Assembly: GCA_963805975.1 (NCBI GenBank) | Contig: CAWDVR010000006.1 | Span: 96,001 to 160,000, forward strand | DNA: 64,000 nt | Reading direction: 5' to 3' | Origin: an uncultured Acidobacteriota bacterium | GTDB taxonomy: Bacteria > Acidobacteriota > Thermoanaerobaculia > Multivoradales > SZUA-115 | Shown: positions 28,415 through 36,271 of the stretch, piece after piece | Layout of the letters: the number at the start of each line of letters is the position of its first letter | Position numbering within the stretch: position 1 is the stretch's first letter | The notes under the pieces: generated by a model | Told to the model about the DNA's origin: nothing | Databases searched by the model: none | The model's input: only the letters and a program-made list of their open reading frames with translations | Program-made: the position numbers and the translations under genes

Positions 28415-28933
28415 ATGGCCGATCCGTTTGTCGCAGAGATCCGCATCTTCCCGTTCAACTTCGCGCCCAAGGGTTGGGCGTGGTGCGACGGTCAGCTTCT
28501 GCCGTTGTCGCAGAACACGGCTCTTTTCTCGCTCCTGGGCACGACCTATGGAGGAAACGGCAAGAGCAACTTCGCTCTTCCGGACCTCCAGGGGCGCTCC
28601 CCCATGCACCCCGGGCAGGGTCCCGGCCTCTCGCTGCACGACCTCGGCGAGACCGGTGGCAGCGAGACGGTGACCTTGCTCGAGAGCGAGATCCCATCGC
28701 ACAGCCACGGCTTGAGAGCTTCTGCTCAGGACGCGACGACGCGCATCGTAAGTGGCCAGGAGCCGGCGACCGGCATCGGGGTCTCGATCTACGGGCCCCA
28801 ACCCGGGAGCGTGACGCTAAGCCCCGCCGTGCTCGCGCCCGCTGGCGGCGACCAGCCGCACAACAACCTGCAGCCTTACCTCACGTTCTACTTCTGCATC
28901 GCACTCCAGGGCGTTTTCCCGCCTCGTACCTAG
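28415..28933 (+). CDS. Phage tail-collar domain protein, copy 3
   Basis: FVAEIRIFPFNFAPKGWAWCDGQLLPLSQNTALFSLLGTTYGGNGKSNFALPDLQGR; HSH; HNNLQPYL; GGAGG RBS. Confidence 0.92.
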   Translation: MADPFVAEIRIFPFNFAPKGWAWCDGQLLPLSQNTALFSLLGTTYGGNGKSNFALPDLQGRSPMHPGQGPGLSLHDLGETGGSETVTLLESEIPSHSHGLRASAQDATTRIVSGQEPATGIGVSIYGPQPGSVTLSPAVLAPAGGDQPHNNLQPYLTFYFCIALQGVFPPRT

Positions 28934-28959
28934 GCCGATAGCGATCGTGGTCCCTTGCG

Positions 28960-29010
28960 CGACCTCCCGGCCCGATGACGAGCCGGGAGGTCGTGGCTGT
29001 TTTTCTGTTT
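28960..29010 (+). terminator. Terminator/attenuator-like hairpin after the tail-collar genes
   Basis: Perfect 12-bp stem CGACCTCCCGGC / GCCGGGAGGTCG (28960-28993), then TGGCTGTTTTTCTGTTT. Confidence 0.55.
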
Positions 29011-29049
29011 GTTCTCCAATCTTGCTTATGCCCAATCTGGAGGTGAGCC

Positions 29050-29811
29050 ATGGGATGGCCCGAGGGGAGCGCTGCGCCCGAGCGCGGCGGAGTCGACCGC
29101 CGTGAGTTCCTGACCCTGACCTCGACCGCTGCCGCCGGAGCCTGCCTGGCCGGTGGCGCCGGGGCGAGCACGCTCCTCGGCCTGCACGCGCCGCTGGATC
29201 TGGCCATGTCCGTGGGCTTCCTCGCCGGCAGCGAGGAGTACGATCACTTCTGGGCCTTGCCCTGGAACGTGGCCCAAGACCCGTTCGACCCGCCAGAGCT
29301 CGAGGTGGTGGCCGCCGACCGCCTGCCGCTGGGCGATCAGACCCTCGCCGGCGGCTCGGTCTGGATGACCGTGCACGGCCTCTATCCGCGGCTGCCGAAG
29401 CGGGAAGTGCTCGCCTTCCGCAGCGTCAACCTGGTGGTGATGTTTCCCTCCCCAGAGCCCGCCCGGCCGGCGCCGCTGCCGTTCATCTCGTGGGGCCTGC
29501 GCCGCAACCCGGCGCGCTCGAGCGGTGCGCGCACCCACTTCGTGGTACCCCTGCGCCAGGAGGACGGCGGCCTGGTGCTGGCCCTCGAGCTGATCCGGAA
29601 CGTCCGCGGCGCCCTGGTCACCGACCGTGCGTTCACCGACTTCACCGTGGACTGGCAGGATGGCCGCCCCAAGCTCCAGCGCGGCATCTACCTTCTGGGC
29701 CTCGCCCCCGGCACCTGGAGCCGGGGCGACCGGCTGCCGACGGCCGGCCAGGAGCCCCGTGACGAGCTCTGCTCGGTGGTTGTAAGCTTCGAGCCCATCC
29801 TGGAGCCCTAG
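29050..29811 (+). CDS. Tat-exported hypothetical protein
   Basis: VDRREFLTL twin-arginine motif followed by a hydrophobic Ala/Gly stretch; GGAGGT RBS; beta-rich body of unknown family. Confidence 0.75.
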   Translation: MGWPEGSAAPERGGVDRREFLTLTSTAAAGACLAGGAGASTLLGLHAPLDLAMSVGFLAGSEEYDHFWALPWNVAQDPFDPPELEVVAADRLPLGDQTLAGGSVWMTVHGLYPRLPKREVLAFRSVNLVVMFPSPEPARPAPLPFISWGLRRNPARSSGARTHFVVPLRQEDGGLVLALELIRNVRGALVTDRAFTDFTVDWQDGRPKLQRGIYLLGLAPGTWSRGDRLPTAGQEPRDELCSVVVSFEPILEP

Positions 29812-29816
29812 CAACG

Positions 29817-30353
29817 GTGCACGGCGAGAACGGCTTCGAGACTGCCCCGGCACTGCCGGGCTCGATCAGCTTCCGGCCGATCCGTGGCGACGACCGCGAG
29901 TTCCTGTACCGGATCTACGCTTCGACGCGGGCGGACGAGCTGGCGATGGTGGACTGGCCGGAGGAGCAGAAGGCGGGCTTCCTGCGCCAGCAGTTCGAGG
30001 CCCAGCACCATCACTACCAGGAGTACTACAAGGACGCGGAGTTCCTGCTGGTGGAGAAGGACGGCGTGCCCGTCGGCCGCTTCTACGTGGCGCGCTGGGA
30101 GAAGGAGATCCGGCTGGTGGACATCGCGCTCCTTCCCGAGCATCGCGGCGCCGGCCTCGGTGGAGCACTGGTCGCGAGCCTGCTGGCCGAGGGCGCCGCC
30201 GCCGGCAAGCCGGTCTCGATCCACGTCGAGGTCTTCAACCCGGCGCTGCGGCTCTACCGGCGGCTCGGCTTCGAGCCGGCGGGCGAGCGGGGTCCCTACG
30301 TCCTGATGCGCTGGACCCCGCCGGCAACCTCTTACGCAAACACCGCCTCGTAG
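29817..30353 (+). CDS. GNAT-family N-acetyltransferase (tail-collar-cassette type)
   Basis: FLYRIYASTRADEL, FLRQQFEAQHHHY, RLVDIALLPEHRGAGLG (motif A), NPALRLYRRLGF (motif B). Confidence 0.9.
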   Translation: MHGENGFETAPALPGSISFRPIRGDDREFLYRIYASTRADELAMVDWPEEQKAGFLRQQFEAQHHHYQEYYKDAEFLLVEKDGVPVGRFYVARWEKEIRLVDIALLPEHRGAGLGGALVASLLAEGAAAGKPVSIHVEVFNPALRLYRRLGFEPAGERGPYVLMRWTPPATSYANTAS

Positions 30354-30631
30354 AGCGCTCCCTTCGCGTCCTTCCCCACCGGGACGAGGAAGATCTCGAG
30401 CGACTCGAAGGCCGGGTTCGTGAGCGCATAGATGCTCTGCGGCAGCACCGGCCCGGCGGGCCCGCGAAAGATCAGCGCGAACGGCTTGCGCTTGGCGTGA
30501 GGCACGGTTTCGCCTCCCAGGGCACGGGTCTGGGTCAGCTCGAGAGTAAGCCGCTCGGTGGGGGAGAGCAGCAGCTCGAAGCTGTGGTTCAAATGCGGGT
30601 CGAACATGGCCTTGTCGAGCGTGTCGAGCAT
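30332..30631 (-). CDS. DUF6916-family protein
   Basis: KPFALIFRGP...LPQSIYAL...LEIFLVPVG....YEAVFA pattern; 99 aa; convergent on the GNAT with a 22-nt overlap. Confidence 0.75.
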   Translation of the reverse strand: MLDTLDKAMFDPHLNHSFELLLSPTERLTLELTQTRALGGETVPHAKRKPFALIFRGPAGPVLPQSIYALTNPAFESLEIFLVPVGKDAKGALYEAVFA

Positions 30632-30801
30632 CGGTCGTCTCCGGGAACCGGGCTGAAAGAACGAGCCAACCTTAGAGCAAGCGCCGCGGGCTGACAACCG
30701 CGGCCGTCTAAGAGCCGGTGGACGGCGGTACGATGGGGTGAAACACTGTTCTCCCTTGGAGCGCCCGTCAGTCTGGCCTGCCCGTGGGCCTGGAGGATCG
30801 T

Positions 30802-33800
30802 ATGCGGATCTCCGAAAGCAGAGTGCGGATCGTCGGCTGGGCGCTCGCGGCCTTGGGCCTAGCGGGCGGAGTGGTCGTCGGCTACTTGATGTCGGGACCC
30901 TCCCGCGAGCTGGTCGAGCGGAGCTCCGGCGGCAAGAAGATGACGAGCCTTCAGCTCGCATTCGAGGCTCAGCGGGCCGAATGGATCATCAAAGACTGGC
31001 GTGGCGATGAGCCACCCCCATTTCCAGACACGGACGGGAAGAAGGCTACCGCGCGGCGCCCCGTCCTCGCTGAAGCACGCAAGAACCTCTCGCTCGACGC
31101 CTGGCTCATTCCCTTCTACGTCGCCCTGCTGACCGGCCTCTGCCTGGTGCTCTCCGGCGCCTACGGCAAATGGCGGGACAACCCGTGGCTGGTCCTCGCT
31201 GCGCTGCCGGCCGTTGCCGGGGCCCTGGACTATCAGGAGAACGCGCTCCTCGCCCAGGAGATCGACCTGGTGGCGGCGGGAGGCGTGCTCGGCGGGCGGT
31301 TGCCGCTCGCGGTGGGTCTGGTCGCGTCGCTCAAGTTCCTGCTCCTGGGCATCGTCTTCCTGGCTCTGCTGATCGTCGGTATCGCGCTCTTCCGCGCTTG
31401 GCTGGCCGGCGCCCTCCGACCCCCACCGAAGCAGGCGTGGGTACCGCTCGAGGGAGCGATCGCCGCGGAGCGGGCCTACCTGGCGGGCCGCAGGAGGTGG
31501 GCGCTCTCTGAAGCGGAGGCTGCGGCCGGCCAGCGGCCGGTGGGTCTGGCCTTCTCGGGCGGCGGAATCCGCGCGGCCACCGTCTGCCTGGGCGCGATGC
31601 GCGCCCTCTCCAAGCTCGAAGTGCTGCCCCGGGTCGACTACCTCTCGACGGTGTCGGGCGGCGGCTACATCGGCTCGGCACTGTCCTCTCTGCTGTCGAT
31701 CAACCGCCGCACCGCGCAGGCCTCGGCGCACGGGCTCGACGACCAGTACCGCTTCAGGCCCGGCGACAAAGCGCTGTTGACCACGCAAGCGGAGCGCTTT
31801 CCCTTCGAGCCCGACCGCAACCTGCAAGAGGAGCTGCGGAAGGATCTCGGCGGGCGGTACGACGGCCGCGTCCAGCTCGGGCACCTGCGCACCCACGGCG
31901 ACTTCCTGATCCGCACCAAGCGGCTCATCCACCGTGACGTGCTGCGCACGGTGGGCACGGTTCTGGGCGGCATCTTCTACCACCTGCTGATGGGCTTCCT
32001 GGTCCTCGCTCTCGTCAGCTCGGCCTACCTGATCGCGGTGTGGCTGATGGCGGATTCAGCGATCGGCAGCGCACCGGAGAACCTGCTGGGCCAGCCTGAG
32101 TTCGCAACCTACTGGCGCCAGCTCTTCGACTTCGGCGACGGCTCGGCACGGCCGTTTTTCCTGGCGATCTTCGTGGGCTTGGTCGCGCTGCCGACCGCCA
32201 TGGCGCTCTGCTCGCTGATCTGGTTCCTGCCGGAGCGCTGGTTCCGCCGCTCCGGCGACACGGTGGAGGAGAACCGTGAGTACCACTCGCTCTGGGCTCT
32301 CTTCACCATCACGCTCCTCGCCGCCATCGCCGTCACCAACTTCGTGATCGAGCGCGAAGGGTACCAGTTGGCCAACATCACTCTGCCGATGGGCGTCTAC
32401 GTCGGCGGCTGGCTCGCCAGCCTGATCCTGCACGCGGTGGTCGCCGTCTCGCCTTCGTTCGGCCGCAACCAGCGTTCCCGGTTCGCCGCCTGGAAGGGGA
32501 TCTTCAACTACCTGACGGCGATCTCGGTGCTGGTCATCCTGGTGCCCTTCGTTCTCGCCTGGATCAACAAGGACGCCAGCCGGAGCTCGGTGTTCGCCAA
32601 CTGGCCGGCGAAGGAGAGCCTGGCGTGGCTGGCCTCTCTCTTCGGCAGCGGCTGGCTCGCCAAGGGCGCGCTCGGTCAGGCGGCGTCCGGCGCCGCGGGC
32701 GGAGGTGGCCGGCTGGCGGCGATCAAGAAGCTGCCGGGAACGCTGCGCAACCTTCTCCTGGGCTTCCTCGTCACCGTGCTGGTGGTGGTGGGCCTGGTGC
32801 TCGTGACCGCCTTTCTGCTGCGTTGGGAGCTGGTGGCCGGTCTCGATCCCGATCCTCTGAGCTTCCGGCTCGGCGTGCTGGGCGCTGCGCTGCTCGCCTT
32901 TCTCCTGCTGGGGTGGGCGATCGATTTCAACAAGCTGTCGCTCCATTTCTTCTATCGTGACCGGTTGGTCGAGGCTTACCTCCAGACCGAGGGACAGGTG
33001 CCGCCAGACGCCCCCGCGGCAGAGGTACCGGGCAGCCTCGATCTGTTGCGCGACAACGGCGAGATGCGCCTCGTGCAGCTGCACGGCGTGCGCGAGGAGC
33101 CGCAGCCCGCGACGCGCGGACCTGCTGCAGCGCGTACCGCGCCCGCAGCCGGCTCGACGGCCCTGCCGAGAGATCTCAACCTCGTGGAGCGGGCGCTCCA
33201 GGCTCTGCCCTTCGGACCCGCGGCCCGCACGCCGGGCGAGCTGGCTCCGGTCGAGGCGGTCACCGGCGCGCCGCTCCACCTGATCGTCACCTGTTTGAAC
33301 CTCACCCGCTCGCGCGACATGACGCGCCGCAGCCGGAAGTCCGACACGTTCGTGTTCTCGAAGCTCTTCTGCGGCTCGGACACCACCGGCTACATGGACA
33401 CCCGGCTCTACCGGAGCGGCGAGACCAAGCTCGCTCGCGCCATGGCCGCCTCCGGCGCGGCGGCCAACACGGCGATGGGCTTCCATACCTTCTTCGCCCA
33501 GGCCATGGCCATGACCCTGTTCAACGTGCGGCTCGGCCAGTGGTTCGAGAACCCGCGCTTCAGGAACGGCGCCCGGGCGCACCGGCGTGAGGGCTGGGTG
33601 TTCTGGCCCGGCTACCTGTGGCAGGAGGTGCGCGGGGCGAGCGATGCGAGCCACCGGCTGGTCCACCTCTCGGACGGCGCGCACACCGGCGACAATCTCG
33701 GGCTCTATCCGCTGCTCCAGCGCCGCTGCCGCCTGATCGTCTCCTGCGACGCGGAGGCCGACCCGGATCTCTGCTTCGGCTCTTTCACCGAGGTGGTGCG

Positions 33801-34215
33801 GCAGGTGGAGATCGATCTCGGCATCAGGATCGACATCGAGCTGGGAGCGATCCGCCCGGACAAGGCGACCGGGTTCTCCACGCGGCCTTTCGCCCTCGGC
33901 AGGATCACCTATCCGGAGGACAAGGAGCGCGGTATCAAGCAGGAGGGGGGGTGGTTGCTGCTCATCAAGGCCTCGCTCTGCGGCTGCGAGAGCGAGACTC
34001 TGCGCACCTACAAGAGCCGCCATCCGGCCTTCCCGCACGAGACCACGCTCGACCAGTTCTTCGACGACGCGCAGTTCGAGGCCTACCGCGAGCTGGGCGA
34101 GAGCATGATGGAGCGCGCCCTGGGCAAGGAGCTCTGGGAGCTGCTGCGCGCCAAGCCCGAGTGGTTCCGGAAGTGGCGAAAGGATCTGGGCGAGGTGCTG
34201 CCCACATCTTCCTAA
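30802..34215 (+). CDS. Multi-pass membrane patatin/cPLA2-like phospholipase
   Basis: GLAFSGGGIRAA (oxyanion), YLSTVSGGGYIG (Ser), HLSDGAHTGDNLG (Asp), FPHETTLDQFFDDAQFEAYRELG; many TM helices; GGAGG RBS. Confidence 0.85.
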   Translation: MRISESRVRIVGWALAALGLAGGVVVGYLMSGPSRELVERSSGGKKMTSLQLAFEAQRAEWIIKDWRGDEPPPFPDTDGKKATARRPVLAEARKNLSLDAWLIPFYVALLTGLCLVLSGAYGKWRDNPWLVLAALPAVAGALDYQENALLAQEIDLVAAGGVLGGRLPLAVGLVASLKFLLLGIVFLALLIVGIALFRAWLAGALRPPPKQAWVPLEGAIAAERAYLAGRRRWALSEAEAAAGQRPVGLAFSGGGIRAATVCLGAMRALSKLEVLPRVDYLSTVSGGGYIGSALSSLLSINRRTAQASAHGLDDQYRFRPGDKALLTTQAERFPFEPDRNLQEELRKDLGGRYDGRVQLGHLRTHGDFLIRTKRLIHRDVLRTVGTVLGGIFYHLLMGFLVLALVSSAYLIAVWLMADSAIGSAPENLLGQPEFATYWRQLFDFGDGSARPFFLAIFVGLVALPTAMALCSLIWFLPERWFRRSGDTVEENREYHSLWALFTITLLAAIAVTNFVIEREGYQLANITLPMGVYVGGWLASLILHAVVAVSPSFGRNQRSRFAAWKGIFNYLTAISVLVILVPFVLAWINKDASRSSVFANWPAKESLAWLASLFGSGWLAKGALGQAASGAAGGGGRLAAIKKLPGTLRNLLLGFLVTVLVVVGLVLVTAFLLRWELVAGLDPDPLSFRLGVLGAALLAFLLLGWAIDFNKLSLHFFYRDRLVEAYLQTEGQVPPDAPAAEVPGSLDLLRDNGEMRLVQLHGVREEPQPATRGPAAARTAPAAGSTALPRDLNLVERALQALPFGPAARTPGELAPVEAVTGAPLHLIVTCLNLTRSRDMTRRSRKSDTFVFSKLFCGSDTTGYMDTRLYRSGETKLARAMAASGAAANTAMGFHTFFAQAMAMTLFNVRLGQWFENPRFRNGARAHRREGWVFWPGYLWQEVRGASDASHRLVHLSDGAHTGDNLGLYPLLQRRCRLIVSCDAEADPDLCFGSFTEVVRQVEIDLGIRIDIELGAIRPDKATGFSTRPFALGRITYPEDKERGIKQEGGWLLLIKASLCGCESETLRTYKSRHPAFPHETTLDQFFDDAQFEAYRELGESMMERALGKELWELLRAKPEWFRKWRKDLGEVLPTSS

Positions 34216-34251
34216 GATAGGATCGCGTACACGAAGACGAGATCCGAGCCG

Positions 34252-35904
34252 GTGACCGAACTTTCCTCGAACGATCCCTGGATCGGAAGAACCTTCGGGC
34301 GCTATCAGTTCGAGAGCGAGATCGGCCGTGGCGGCATGGGCGTGGTGTACCGCGCCCGCCAGCTCTCGCTCAACCGGCCGGTGGCGATCAAGGTATTGCC
34401 GACGCGGTTCGCGCTGGACGAGCAGTTCCGGCAGCGCTTCCAGCAGGAGGCGCAGGTCATCGCCACCCTGGTCCACGAGAACATCGTCCACGTCTACGAC
34501 ATCGAGCCGGCCGAGGGTACCTACTTCATCGTCATGGAGCTGATCGACGGCTCCAGCCTGCGGGAGCTGCGCGCGAGCCGCCGCTTCGGGGTGGAAGAGG
34601 TGCGTTCGATCGGCATCGCCGTGGCACGTGCCCTGCGCTGCGCGCATGCCCAGGGCATCGTGCACCGCGATGTCAAGAGTCACAACGTGATGGTGACGCG
34701 CGACGCCAAGGTCAAGCTGATGGACTTCGGCATCGCGCGCGTCGACGGCACGGGCATCAAGACCCAGACCGGATCGGTGCTCGGCACGCCGGAGTACATG
34801 GCGCCCGAGCAGGCGCGGACCGGCGAGACCTCGCCGCGCACCGACCTCTACTCGCTGGGGGTGCTGCTCTACGAGCTGGCGACCGGCCGCCTGCCGTTCA
34901 CCGGCAACGACCCGTTCTCGGTGGCCTTCAAGCACGTCTCCGAGGACCCGGCGCCGCCGCGGAGCGTGGAGCCCGGTTTGCCCGAGTGGCTGGAGCGGGT
35001 GATCCTGAAGGCGATGGCCAAGGCGCCCGAGGAGCGCTACCAGAGCGCGGCCGAGCTGGAGCGCGACCTGGCTTCCCAGGCCACGGGCCCGCAGGCCGGC
35101 GGCGTGCTGCCCGCGCTGGCGGGCGGCTTTCCGGCCGGTCATGGCGCGAGAACCACGCCGATGCTCGATCCCGGCACCGGGCCCACGCACGGCCTTCACG
35201 GACCGGCCGGCGGCACGGTGACCGGCCAGACCTACGTGCCGGTGGCGATGCCGCGGAGCTGGGGGCCCTGGGCCCTCGCCGCAGCGGTACTGGTGGCGGT
35301 CGCGGCTTTGTGGATTCTTCTCGGGAGACGGGAGTCACCGCCAGGCAACCCTTCACCCGCGGCCGCCCCACCGGCCGGCTCCACCTCGGCCGAGACGGCT
35401 GCTGCCAGCCTCGCGGGTTCGGGGCTCAACGATCCCGTGACCGCGCCGCCCACGCGGGCTCCGATCGCCGGCGTGCCGCCGGCGGCCGTGCCACCCGCGC
35501 CGCCGCGCCCGAGGCCGGATCCCGCGCCCGCTGGGCCCGCGCCGGCCGAGGCCCTGCCGCGCCCGGCCGAGCTCGAGCCCTCGCCGCCGGCCCCGGTGCC
35601 CGTTGCGGTGGCGCCCGCCTACTCGCCGCCGGCCGCGATCTCGGAGGTTCTCTCCTGCCGCGAAGGCGTGGAGTTCCATACCGATCCGGAAGAGGCGACC
35701 GTGTCGATCGACGGCCGGCGGATCGGGGTCGCGGACGACTGGGACGGCATGGGCGGCGGCAAAGCCTGGCGCTCCTCACCCGGCACCTACGTCGCCTGCA
35801 TGAGCGGGCCTGCGTTGCAGACGGTCTGTGTCGAGATCCACCTCGACCCCGGCGCCAGGAAGAAGATCTGCGACGTGGACACGGACCTGGAGGACGTGGA
35901 GTAG
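34252..35904 (+). CDS. Hanks-type Ser/Thr protein kinase with TM, Pro-rich linker and PEGA-like extracytoplasmic domain
   Basis: IGRGGMGVVY, VAIKVL, HRDVKSHN, DFGIAR, GTPEYMAPEQ, DLYSLG; TM WALAAAVLVAVAALWILL; TDPEEATVSIDG. Confidence 0.92.
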   Translation: MTELSSNDPWIGRTFGRYQFESEIGRGGMGVVYRARQLSLNRPVAIKVLPTRFALDEQFRQRFQQEAQVIATLVHENIVHVYDIEPAEGTYFIVMELIDGSSLRELRASRRFGVEEVRSIGIAVARALRCAHAQGIVHRDVKSHNVMVTRDAKVKLMDFGIARVDGTGIKTQTGSVLGTPEYMAPEQARTGETSPRTDLYSLGVLLYELATGRLPFTGNDPFSVAFKHVSEDPAPPRSVEPGLPEWLERVILKAMAKAPEERYQSAAELERDLASQATGPQAGGVLPALAGGFPAGHGARTTPMLDPGTGPTHGLHGPAGGTVTGQTYVPVAMPRSWGPWALAAAVLVAVAALWILLGRRESPPGNPSPAAAPPAGSTSAETAAASLAGSGLNDPVTAPPTRAPIAGVPPAAVPPAPPRPRPDPAPAGPAPAEALPRPAELEPSPPAPVPVAVAPAYSPPAAISEVLSCREGVEFHTDPEEATVSIDGRRIGVADDWDGMGGGKAWRSSPGTYVACMSGPALQTVCVEIHLDPGARKKICDVDTDLEDVE

Positions 35905-35962
35905 AGGCCACGTGCCTTCTCGGGTAGAGGGCGACCACGAGGGCCGCCCTCGGACTGATCCC

Positions 35963-36000
35963 TGTGCTACAGTCCGGTTTTCGATTGAGACTCAGTCTCA
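35963..36000 (+). promoter_or_regulatory. feo promoter: extended -10 and a Fur-type 7-1-7 operator
   Basis: TGTGCTACAGT (35963-35973), then the perfect palindrome TGAGACT-C-AGTCTCA (35986-36000) ending 20 nt before the feoA start; fur lies next to the operon. Confidence 0.7.
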
Positions 36001-36019
36001 CAACGGCTCTCTCGAATCT

Positions 36020-36271
36020 ATGACAGCGCCAGACGCGCTCGCCCCCGTCTTGCTGACCCGCCTCTCCGTGGGCCATCGGGCGCGGCTCCACGAGACCGAC
36101 CTGCCGCACCAGGACAGCGAGCTGCTCTCCGCGCTCGGTCTCGCCACCGGCAGCCGCTTCCGTGTATGCCGCGCCGGCGATCCCTGGATCGTCGAGGTCA
36201 GGGCCACCCGCATCGGTCTGGCCGACGCCGTGGCGAGGCAGATCCTGGTCCTGCCCGAGCCCGCGGTATGA
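36020..36271 (+). CDS. feoA: Ferrous iron transport protein A
   Basis: LSALGLATGSRFRV..AGDPWIVEVRATRIGLADAVARQILV; ATGA overlap with feoB. Confidence 0.85.
   Translation: MTAPDALAPVLLTRLSVGHRARLHETDLPHQDSELLSALGLATGSRFRVCRAGDPWIVEVRATRIGLADAVARQILVLPEPAV

Noticed and set aside
27379-28933. Prophage or tailocin suggested by tail-collar genes
   Set aside because: No capsid, terminase, tape-measure, phage baseplate, lysis or integrase genes nearby; the context is an adhesin-GNAT-DUF6916 cassette.
30802-34215. Patatin-like lipase as a T6SS Tle effector
   Set aside because: It is a polytopic membrane protein with no adjacent vgrG, adaptor or immunity lipoprotein.
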